Source: Thiothrix winogradskyi
GTDB lineage: Bacteria; Pseudomonadota; Gammaproteobacteria; Thiotrichales; Thiotrichaceae
Direction of reading: 5' to 3'
NCBI RefSeq assembly: GCF_021650935.1
Contig: NZ_CP091244.1
Span: 3,305,230-3,337,229, forward strand
Length of the DNA: 32,000 nt
Shown here: positions 1 through 6,329 of the stretch, in pieces
Numbering within the stretch: the stretch's first letter is position 1
How the letters are laid out: the number at the start of each line of letters is the position of its first letter
Notes under the pieces: model-generated
What the model saw: only the letters and a program-made list of their open reading frames with translations
What the model was told of the DNA's origin: nothing
Database searches by the model: none
Translations under genes and position numbers: made by a program

Positions 1-26
1 TCCTGGGTGGTGGCGATCAGTAAAAG

Positions 27-52
27 GTGTACTACAAAAAGAAAGGGGTAAC
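27..52 (+). repeat. Copy 1 of TACTACAAAAA-core repeat (candidate recombination site)
   Basis: Sequence is GTGTACTACAAAAAGAAagggGTAAC. It is identical to 4218-4243 over the first 17 bp and the last 5 bp. Confidence 0.6.
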
Positions 53-69
53 TTTTTACAGTTACCCCT
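31..69 (-). terminator. Rho-independent terminator ending the minus-strand recombinase operon
   Basis: Perfect 9-bp stem AGGGGTAAC (44-52) / GTTACCCCT (61-69) with an 8-nt loop. On the minus strand it is followed by TTCTTTTTGT. Confidence 0.6.
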
Positions 70-94
70 CTTCTGATCCCAACAACGTTAGTGG

Positions 95-295
95 TTAATG
101 AAAGGTTTTATCCCGTGGCTGTGGAATGGGCGGGTATTGCTGCCAACCCTCCGCCTCTGGGTAATCGTTCAGTGCTGGAATCCGCCAGAGTGTGCCGTCA
201 TTGCACAGCGCAACGAGCCACATCCCATCCTCTGCATCAGAGGTCACGCTGATTTGCACCGGCACACGGTTGTTAGGCTTAGATGTCATTGCCAA
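95..295 (-). CDS. Hypothetical small protein (66 aa), last gene of the recombinase operon
   Basis: The ORF overlaps the 3' end of the recombinase gene by 17 nt and is followed by the terminator hairpin. No family was recognised. Confidence 0.45.
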   Translation of the reverse strand: MAMTSKPNNRVPVQISVTSDAEDGMWLVALCNDGTLWRIPALNDYPEAEGWQQYPPIPQPRDKTFH

Positions 296-1415
296 GCCCC
301 CCCATCATGTTGCGCATTTTGCCCATATTGACTTGGATATAACCCATTGTCGTGGATAGGTTGGTATGCCCTAGCAACCGCTGCACCTCCTTGATACCCT
401 CTATGCCGCCATCACCGTTAGCCAGTTTGGTAGCAAACGCATGGCGGAAACGGTGGGGACTGATTTCTACGCCCGCCAGCTTGCCAATGCGTTTGAAACC
501 GCCGGAAACGTGGTCTACGGTCATCGTTTTGGCGATGTTGCCGTCAGTGCGGTAGCGGTTGTTAAACAGAGTCACATTAAACACCTGGTCATCCAGATAG
601 ATGCTACGGCGCAATGCCTCTTCGGTTTTGCGTTGCAGTTCGGAAAATCCCGCTATTAACTGGTCGGGTAGGGGAATGTCCCAGCCGCGTTTGGTTTTGG
701 AGTGCGCCGCTTGCAGGTGGATGATGCCGCTTTTGAGGTGAATATCGCCCCACGTCAACCCAACAACCTGACGACGACGCATACCGGTGTAATACAGCGT
801 CCGAATCAGTACTTTCCAAAACCATGCAGGAAATACAGCGAGGTTGCCGGGGCTGTCCAGCCATTCCATTACCGTTTTTATCGAACTGTCGGTGATGGCC
901 TTGGGCGCGTTATCGTAGATGACGATGGTTTTAATGCCGTCCATGATGGGCTTCAGATCAAACCCCCACGGTTTGGCAGCATTGAGCAGCGCCCGGAAAT
1001 GGCGCACCCAGATGTTATAGGTATTCGCCGCGTTTTTGCGTACATCCAGAATTTCCGTTTTCACCTGCAAAAAATGCTCACGCTCAATCAGGTGGATATA
1101 CCAAACACCCGTCACCTCGACAAAAAGCTTGATAGCAGCTTCCAGCATAACAACGTAGGAAGTGGAGGGGCGGCGCTCCGCCATGAACAGATCCAGCAGG
1201 CTATACAGGGTTAAATCTGTGTGCTGGCGGTCGGTGTATCGAGTGACAGAGAATTGACCATAATTACTGCTGGCGACCACAGGAACGGAAATGCCACCCT
1301 CACAGCCAATGGCTGCCACTGGCTGAACCTTGTTTAGCCGCCCCTTCTTCCGCAGGATTTTGGGCATTTGCCGGGATGTTGGCTGTTCTGGGGTGTCGAT
1401 GATTTCAAAAATCAT
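279..1415 (-). CDS. Tyrosine recombinase / phage-type integrase (378 aa)
   Basis: The catalytic signature is visible: GMRRRQ (Arg), HRFRHAF (His-x-x-Arg), LLGHTNLSTTMGYI (His and the nucleophilic Tyr). The start overlaps the upstream ORF in an ATGA arrangement. Confidence 0.9.
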   Translation of the reverse strand: MIFEIIDTPEQPTSRQMPKILRKKGRLNKVQPVAAIGCEGGISVPVVASSNYGQFSVTRYTDRQHTDLTLYSLLDLFMAERRPSTSYVVMLEAAIKLFVEVTGVWYIHLIEREHFLQVKTEILDVRKNAANTYNIWVRHFRALLNAAKPWGFDLKPIMDGIKTIVIYDNAPKAITDSSIKTVMEWLDSPGNLAVFPAWFWKVLIRTLYYTGMRRRQVVGLTWGDIHLKSGIIHLQAAHSKTKRGWDIPLPDQLIAGFSELQRKTEEALRRSIYLDDQVFNVTLFNNRYRTDGNIAKTMTVDHVSGGFKRIGKLAGVEISPHRFRHAFATKLANGDGGIEGIKEVQRLLGHTNLSTTMGYIQVNMGKMRNMMGGLGNDI

Positions 1416-1717
1416 GCTGCACCCCCGTTAGTCCGCGAACTGAACAGCCCGTCAAGATCGTCGTGGATTCGGTCGATAGCACAGGAAAGTTCCTGCACCT
1501 GACGGTGTACCAGTGACACGGAGGAAACGACTTTGCTCCAATCAGCCAGCCGGGTACTGGTTTCATCCAGCATCCATGTGACGGATTTCAGTTCCTCGAT
1601 TTGCTGGCAAACATCCTGTAAGCGCCCAAATGCGGCGCGGTGTTTGGCGGTGATGTTGGTTAGATTGTCTGAATTTGGGCGCACGGACGGGCGCAAGTTG
1701 TTATCATTCGGTTTCAT
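1412..1717 (-). CDS. Hypothetical helical protein (101 aa), translationally coupled to the recombinase
   Basis: The ORF has a 4-nt overlap with the recombinase start. No family was recognised. Confidence 0.5.
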   Translation of the reverse strand: MKPNDNNLRPSVRPNSDNLTNITAKHRAAFGRLQDVCQQIEELKSVTWMLDETSTRLADWSKVVSSVSLVHRQVQELSCAIDRIHDDLDGLFSSRTNGGAA

Positions 1718-1812
1718 TTACTGGTATCTCCAAAGTAGTCAGTAAGTGGGCTGTTTGGTGTTCCACCACCTTGCAACCCTTAAGCGCCCCGCATTGTTGG
1801 GGCGTTTTCGTT

Positions 1813-2463
1813 TCAGTGAATTGTATTCAGGGTGATGTTGCTACCTATGCGGGTTATCACGCCTCTCTGTTCAAGTTCCGCGATGGTTTCCCGCATTACT
1901 TGCCCAATGGCTGATTTAGGGCGTATTAATGCCCACGGTTTAGCCTTGCTCTTGGTTTGTTGAAAATGCCGCGCTGTCATTTCTTTATGCTTCATCAGGT
2001 ACTTGATTACATCCGCCGCACGTTCATCTTGTGGGGGGAGTTGTGCGGGTGTGCAATGGGAAAACGCACGTTCAAGACGGCTTGCCACTTCCTCAGCATT
2101 CGCCATGCTTGCCCGAAGGCTTGCTACGGCATTAATTGCCGCTGATGCAAGGGAATACTGTTGCTCTTCGAGTTCCTGCCAGCGGTCGACAATCCGCATG
2201 AGAAGGGAAGTGTTTAACCGTGCTGATACTGCGATGGATTGGCGCTTGTTCAGTTGGTAGGTTTTTGTGGTCTGTCCCTTGTCGTTGTATACGATGTCCA
2301 AAATGGACACCGTGCCAAAATCAGGACTTTCAGCCATTGCCGCTACCTTCAACATTGCCTTGTCATGGCGAACGTCTAACAGATCGGTGATTTCTTTCAG
2401 GGTCATGGTTTGGGCGTTTCCGCCAGTTGTGGTTAGTGCAAAGCTCATTACTGGTGTCTCCAT
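1813..2463 (-). CDS. Rha-family phage regulatory protein (antirepressor-like)
   Basis: The N-terminus MTLKEITDLLDVRHDKAMLKV...YNDKGQTTKTYQLNKRQSIAVSARLNTSLLMRIVDRWQELE matches the Phage_pRha pattern. The start is either ATG 2463 or ATG 2448; the latter has a GGAG 9 nt upstream. Confidence 0.8.
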   Translation of the reverse strand: METPVMSFALTTTGGNAQTMTLKEITDLLDVRHDKAMLKVAAMAESPDFGTVSILDIVYNDKGQTTKTYQLNKRQSIAVSARLNTSLLMRIVDRWQELEEQQYSLASAAINAVASLRASMANAEEVASRLERAFSHCTPAQLPPQDERAADVIKYLMKHKEMTARHFQQTKSKAKPWALIRPKSAIGQVMRETIAELEQRGVITRIGSNITLNTIH

Positions 2464-2479
2464 TGGGTTGGGTTATGGC

Positions 2480-2650
2480 TTACGCCGCCTGCTTCTGTTC
2501 TGTTACCTCCTCTATCTCCTTAATCTTTTTGATAAAACGATTAATTTGCGCATTAAAGCTGCGATCTTCTGCTTTAGCTTTCTCCTTAACCCACTGTTTT
2601 AACTCTGGCTCAAGCCGTAGCGGATATGATTTCTGTTGCATTTCTTTCAT
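2480..2650 (-). CDS. Arc-type ribbon-helix-helix repressor (56 aa; below the ORF-track cutoff)
   Basis: Manual translation gives MKEMQQKSYPLRLEPELKQWVKEKAKAEDRSFNAQINRFIKKIKEIEEVTEQKQAA. The SYPLRLEPE...RS.N..I pattern is Arc/Mnt-like. The gene lies 16 nt upstream of the Rha gene. Confidence 0.7.
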   Translation of the reverse strand: MKEMQQKSYPLRLEPELKQWVKEKAKAEDRSFNAQINRFIKKIKEIEEVTEQKQAA

Positions 2651-2677
2651 TATGCTTCCCCTTCAAAGAACTTAAAA

Positions 2678-2735
2678 GAATCTTAGATTCAGAATCTTAA
2701 AGTGTCAACTAAATTCTTTGATTCAATAAGAATCT
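2678..2735. promoter_or_regulatory. Operator cluster between divergent Arc-type genes
   Basis: GAATCT/AGATTC half-sites form overlapping palindromes: GAATCT-T-AGATTC (2678-2690) and AGATTC-A-GAATCT (2685-2697). Further half-sites are GATTC (2720-2724) and GAATCT (2730-2735). Confidence 0.55.
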
Positions 2736-2753
2736 TCTTAGAGAATAAATACG

Positions 2754-3353
2754 ATGAAAAAAGAATATCAGCAGTTGCCCTCTTATCCCTTGCGCCTTGA
2801 ACCTGAAACACGCGCAAAGCTCGAAGCCATAGCCAAGGCTAACGGTCGGTCATTGCACGCAGAAATTTCTATGCGGCTTGAGGACTCTCTACTTCCCCGA
2901 CCCACAGCCGAGTGGAAACAGATTCTCGATCCTGCCGTGTATTCCCTGTTGGAAGGTGAGTCGTCCAGATGGAGTCAAACGTTTGAAGAGGCTCTTAACT
3001 ACAGGTTACAGCTAGCTTTCGACAAGCGGCTTACTGGGTTACTTCTTGACGACCTATCTTCAGAAGCAGAAGCTTTGAAGATGTCAGAGGGCAGGACTGT
3101 TTCAATAGGAGCTATATTGGATAGGCGGGTGCGGGATGGCTACCTGAAAATGAAACAAACTGCTTACCCTTTCTCAGACCCAGAAAACCTACAAGAGCAG
3201 AAATATGACGGGTCTAAGTTTGATAGCTATGCTGATGAATTTATGAAAGAACTCGTAGCGCAAACTGTCCGTGACCAACTTGCCAAAGCAGGTATCGTTG
3301 TTCCTGGCGGGCAATCTAGCCAAAACGAGAGCGATCACACAAACGAAGGATAA
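2754..3353 (+). CDS. Arc-type RHH N-terminal domain protein with ~150-aa C-terminal extension (199 aa)
   Basis: The N-terminus SYPLRLEPETRAKLEAIAKANGRSLHAEISMRLEDSL fits the Arc family (L/F-x-L-R-x-P ... NGRS.N.EI). The C-terminal part was not recognised. Confidence 0.75.
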   Translation: MKKEYQQLPSYPLRLEPETRAKLEAIAKANGRSLHAEISMRLEDSLLPRPTAEWKQILDPAVYSLLEGESSRWSQTFEEALNYRLQLAFDKRLTGLLLDDLSSEAEALKMSEGRTVSIGAILDRRVRDGYLKMKQTAYPFSDPENLQEQKYDGSKFDSYADEFMKELVAQTVRDQLAKAGIVVPGGQSSQNESDHTNEG

Positions 3354-3364
3354 GTTTTATAACC

Positions 3365-3556
3365 ATGACAGAGCCTAAACAACCCGTCGATTTGCCAGAA
3401 GACGATATTTCTGATGAGCAGTTAGAAGCAATCACTCAACGAATGATCAAAGCGGTGATGGAACGTAAAGCTATTGCTCAACGTAAGTTGAACGACGATC
3501 TTACCGCCGCCATGTTGCAAGCTGAAGCCTACTTTCACCACACGAAAGCAAGCTGA
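3365..3556 (+). CDS. Small acidic protein (63 aa), candidate antitoxin of the downstream kinase
   Basis: It sits 8 nt upstream of the zeta-like gene. The N-terminus is acidic (DLPEDDISDEQLE) and the protein looks helical. No family was recognised. Confidence 0.5.
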   Translation: MTEPKQPVDLPEDDISDEQLEAITQRMIKAVMERKAIAQRKLNDDLTAAMLQAEAYFHHTKAS

Positions 3557-3564
3557 GGTCTAGC

Positions 3565-4170
3565 ATGAAACCAAGGTTGATCATCATTGCCGGGCCGAAT
3601 GGCTCAGGTAAAACGTCGGTAACAAGTGAAATTCTGCTGGATAAATGGGCGCAAGGCTGTGATTACATCAACCCCGACAATATCGCCCGTGATGTCTTTG
3701 GTGACTGGAACGACCGCGAAACGGTGCTGAAAGCTGCTCAGTATGCAGAGGACTGGCGTGAACGCTGCTTGCGTGAAGGGCGTGACTTCATTTTTGAAAC
3801 CGTACTTTCTGTGCCTGATAAGGTGGAATTCATCCAACGCGCCAAAGATGCGGGGTTTTTTGTGCGTTTCTTCTTCATTGCGACGGATACGCCATACATC
3901 AATGTGGCACGTATCGCCCAGCGGGTTGTGGAAGGCGGGCATACCGTACCAGCAGATAAGATTGTTGCCCGCTATTTCCGCTCCATTGCCAATGGGGTGG
4001 AGGCTGCAAGGTTAGCTGACCGTGGATATTTCTTCGATAACTCAGTTGATGATCACTCCCCAAGTCTATTGCTCCGTACTGTGGATGGCATGGTTGCAAA
4101 ACAGTATCCAGCGTTGCAACTTCACTCTTGGGGGCAACAAGTGGCTACTAGATTAGCAACCACGGTTTAA
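3565..4170 (+). CDS. Zeta-toxin-like P-loop kinase (201 aa)
   Basis: It has a Walker A motif IIAGPNGSGKTS, followed by YINPDNI, FETVLS and GGHTVP blocks. These are typical of short zeta-toxin/COG4185-type ATPases. A GAGG ribosome-binding site lies 7 nt upstream. Confidence 0.8.
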   Translation: MKPRLIIIAGPNGSGKTSVTSEILLDKWAQGCDYINPDNIARDVFGDWNDRETVLKAAQYAEDWRERCLREGRDFIFETVLSVPDKVEFIQRAKDAGFFVRFFFIATDTPYINVARIAQRVVEGGHTVPADKIVARYFRSIANGVEAARLADRGYFFDNSVDDHSPSLLLRTVDGMVAKQYPALQLHSWGQQVATRLATTV

Positions 4171-4217
4171 CATTGGGTAAAACCACACCTTCTGATATTC
4201 ACGCCCCTCAATAGTTT

Positions 4218-4243
4218 GTGTACTACAAAAAGAAGATCGTAAC
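4218..4243 (+). repeat. Copy 2 of TACTACAAAAA-core repeat
   Basis: Sequence is GTGTACTACAAAAAGAAgatcGTAAC. It is a direct repeat of 27-52. Confidence 0.6.
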
Positions 4244-4247
4244 CGCC

Positions 4248-4327
4248 CCTCCATAGCACCGCACAAAACCTTCAGAGTACCTCCAAGCAATTCAACATAC
4301 CTCCAACGTGCCTCCATACACCCTCCA
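4248..4327. repeat. Iteron array A: five CCTCCA(A/T) repeats
   Basis: CCTCCA starts at 4248, 4280, 4300, 4311 and 4322; the last three are spaced 11 bp apart. The outer copies share CCCTCCATAGCA. Confidence 0.6.
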
Positions 4328-4364
4328 TAGCAAAAAAGGCGGGTTTTGGGGGTAAAAACGGTTT

Positions 4365-4467
4365 GGCAGGAAAACGGCAGGCTTTTGGCAGGCGTTTTCC
4401 CAGTTCTGACGAGTGATTTTGCCACCCCTCAACCCCGTGGCAGGATTTTGGCAGAGCGAAAAGCAGG
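4365..4467. repeat. Iteron array B: (TTT)GGCAGG repeats in two 11-bp-phased clusters
   Basis: GGCAG(G/A) starts at 4365, 4376 and 4387, and at 4439 and 4450, with a degenerate copy at 4462. Spacing within each cluster is 11 bp. Confidence 0.6.
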
Positions 4468-4485
4468 CAAAACAAAGGCAATAAT

Positions 4486-4533
4486 TGTATAATGTAGTAA
4501 ATAGTAGTATTATACAAAATACTACATTATACA
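4486..4533. promoter_or_regulatory. Promoter/operator of the kfrA-like gene: perfect 14-bp inverted repeat
   Basis: TGTATAATGTAGTA (4486-4499) and TACTACATTATACA (4520-4533) are exact reverse complements. The left arm contains TATAAT. The element ends 12 nt before the ATG. Confidence 0.55.
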
Positions 4534-4545
4534 GAGGCGTTACAC

Positions 4546-5451
4546 ATGGCGATTACCAAAGACCAGATTTTCCAAGCCGCTGACCAGCTCACCGCAGCCG
4601 GTGAATCCGCGACAATGGCAGCAGTACGCAAACTGCTAGGCGGTGGCAGCTACACCACCATCAACGAGGGTTTGAAGGAGTGGAAAGCCAAACAACACAC
4701 CACCAACACCCTGATACGTGAACCTGCTCCACCAGCGGTAGCCACCCGCCTAGAGGAATTGGGCGCTGATATATGGGCGGTAGCCTTGGAACTTGCCAAT
4801 ACACGCCTCACCACTGAACGTGAGGCACTGGAAGCCACCCGTATTCAGGTCGAAACCGCACAACAGGAAGCCACCGAATTAGCCGACCAACTGAGCGTAG
4901 AGCTGGAAACCCTGCAATCGAACTGCAAGCAAGTCGTGAGCGATCTACAGACCGCCAATGCCGCGCTTGAACAGCTACGGCAGGAAAACGCCACTCTTAC
5001 CCGCCAACTGGCAACCACTGAAGCACGGGCAGAAGAAACCACCAAACGTGCCGACGATCTAAAAGCGGAACTACAACACGCTCATGCTGAAAACAAAGCG
5101 CAGCGGGAACGCCACGCCAACGAAACCCAAGCCCTGCAAGACCAGCTCAACACCACTGAAAAAGCCCTACAAACCGAAGTAGCCAACGGGGTACGTCTGA
5201 CACTGGAACTCACCCATGCGCAAACCCAAGCGCAAGCGGCACAGCAGCAGCAACAAGCCCTACAGGAACGTAGTGCCACCGAGATTCAACGGATGAACGA
5301 GCGCCTTACCCAAGCGCAAGCGGAACGGGAGCAAGCTCTACAAGCCGCGAGGGCTACCCGCGAAGATGCGGCGGGATTGCGGGGTGAATTGGAAGCGTTG
5401 CGGGTACAAAATGCGGCATTACTTGGAGCACTTAAACAGACAAGTCATTGA
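4546..5451 (+). CDS. kfrA: KfrA-like DNA-binding coiled-coil protein (301 aa)
   Basis: The N-terminus ITKDQIFQAADQLTAAGESATMAAVRKLLGGGSYTTINEGLKEWKAKQ matches the KfrA_N pattern. The rest is a long Q/A/E-rich coiled coil, as in plasmid KfrA. Confidence 0.75.
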   Translation: MAITKDQIFQAADQLTAAGESATMAAVRKLLGGGSYTTINEGLKEWKAKQHTTNTLIREPAPPAVATRLEELGADIWAVALELANTRLTTEREALEATRIQVETAQQEATELADQLSVELETLQSNCKQVVSDLQTANAALEQLRQENATLTRQLATTEARAEETTKRADDLKAELQHAHAENKAQRERHANETQALQDQLNTTEKALQTEVANGVRLTLELTHAQTQAQAAQQQQQALQERSATEIQRMNERLTQAQAEREQALQAARATREDAAGLRGELEALRVQNAALLGALKQTSH

Positions 5452-5595
5452 AATTCCTCACGATCTTGAAAGGCGTAGGGGAAAAGCAAGAACACTCAAC
5501 ATAAACATAAACATAAGTCATTGAAATTCCTCACGATCTTGAAAGGCGCAGGGGAAAGACAAAGACAATCAACATTATCATAAGCCATTGATTTT
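5443..5595. repeat. Tandem 73-bp direct repeat overlapping the kfrA-like stop codon
   Basis: AAGTCATTGAAATTCCTCACGATCTTGAAAGGCG(T/C)AGGGGAAA begins at 5443 and again at 5516. A partial third copy (TAAGCCATTGATTTT) is at about 5581. An (ACATAA)3 microsatellite lies within unit 1. Confidence 0.7.
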
Positions 5596-5604
5596 ACTTG
5601 CGAC

Positions 5605-5625
5605 CTTTTTTTGTAGTAAAACTTT
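5605..5625 (-). repeat. Copy 3 of TACTACAAAAA-core repeat (inverted relative to copies 1 and 2)
   Basis: CTTTTTTTGTAGTAAAACTTT is 21/21 identical to 6295-6315. Its reverse complement contains TACTACAAAAAAAG. Confidence 0.6.
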
Positions 5626-5882
5626 TTACCGACCATCACCACCACGCGGGCGGGTAGTCTGTATGGTGGTGGTGCGGGTCTTGGGATTGGCTGGTGAAGG
5701 CGGTACGGGCTGGCGCTGTTCCTGCAATTTTTTCAGTTCTGCCATGTTGATGACTGAGGTCACAAGTAAAATCAATAGTTTATGTTGATTTGATGAAAAA
5801 TTCACGTATATTGTGATTGACATAATCAGTCAAATTGATGTATTAATAATCAAATAATTTTATTCATCATTGAGGAGGCACT

Positions 5883-6248
5883 ATGCACCCTGTTATTAAA
5901 AAAACATTCGGTGGATTGACACGTCAATATTTTCTGAGACAGTTATTTTTCGGTGGACTTATCGGTGCTGCTGCAACTGCTTTTGTAGTTTCTGTAGGAA
6001 GAATCAATCCGCTGATTCCTGTTTTATTGATTATATTAGCAACATTTCTCTATCCATACTCTAGATTCGTCTATGAAACCATCATTGATTTCATTTTAGG
6101 GAAAAATATTATTTTTTTTAACGCTGTTCTGTATTTCTCTACCAAAGCGGTCACTATGTTGTTATGTTGGGCGTTTTCATGGGCAATTGCTCCTTTAGGA
6201 CTCGTTTATCTATATTTCCATAACAATAGAATTGAACAGACTCAATAA
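5883..6248 (+). CDS. Small integral membrane protein (121 aa, about 3 TM), possible pore-forming-colicin immunity-like protein
   Basis: It has a strong GAGGAGG ribosome-binding site and three hydrophobic segments. The gene is visibly AT-rich compared with its neighbours. The LYPYSRFVYETIIDF segment recalls colicin Ia/Ib immunity proteins, but that comparison is from memory only. Confidence 0.65.
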   Translation: MHPVIKKTFGGLTRQYFLRQLFFGGLIGAAATAFVVSVGRINPLIPVLLIILATFLYPYSRFVYETIIDFILGKNIIFFNAVLYFSTKAVTMLLCWAFSWAIAPLGLVYLYFHNNRIEQTQ

Positions 6249-6270
6249 CACATCAAAATATGGCAGGATA

Positions 6271-6302
6271 GAAGGGTGCTAAAAATGCCCCCTTCTTTTT
6301 TG
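6271..6302 (+). terminator. Rho-independent terminator of the membrane-protein cassette
   Basis: Stem GAAGGGTGC (6271-6279) / GCCCCCTTC (6287-6295) has one mismatch and is followed by T7 (6296-6302). Confidence 0.6.
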
Positions 6303-6315
6303 TAGTAAAACTTTA
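6295..6315 (-). repeat. Copy 4 of TACTACAAAAA-core repeat
   Basis: CTTTTTTTGTAGTAAAACTTT is identical to 5605-5625. Its reverse complement TACTACAAAAAAAGAAGGGGG resembles copy 1 (TACTACAAAAAGAAAGGGG). Confidence 0.6.
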
Positions 6316-6329
6316 TTCTGCTTCATTTA

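Noticed and set aside
1-23. Possible 3' end of a plus-strand gene ending ...LGGGDQ* (TAA at 21-23)
   Set aside because: Only 7 codons are visible, so it cannot be distinguished from non-coding sequence.
1784-1808. Hairpin CGCCCC-gcattgtt-GGGGCG followed by TTTT between the Rha gene and the 101-aa ORF
   Set aside because: The T-tract is on the plus strand, where no gene precedes it. On the coding (minus) strand it lacks a U-tail, so its function as a terminator within the operon is not supported.
4153-4517. Minus-strand ORFs of 90 and 81 aa across the iteron region
   Set aside because: The region is dominated by 11-bp-phased repeats and a palindromic operator. The peptides look like repeat translations and lack start signals.
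4248-5595. Possibility that the repeat arrays represent a CRISPR locus
   Set aside because: The repeat units are 6-11 bp or 73 bp, without unique spacers of uniform size. There are no cas genes and no leader-like arrangement.
5626-5823. 65-aa minus-strand ORF (possible 39-aa core MAELKKLQEQRQPVPPSPANPKTRTTTIQTTRPRGGDGR from ATG 5745)
   Set aside because: There is no ribosome-binding site. It is very short, and the N-terminal part is AT-rich spacer. It may be a gene remnant abutting repeat copy 3, but that cannot be supported.
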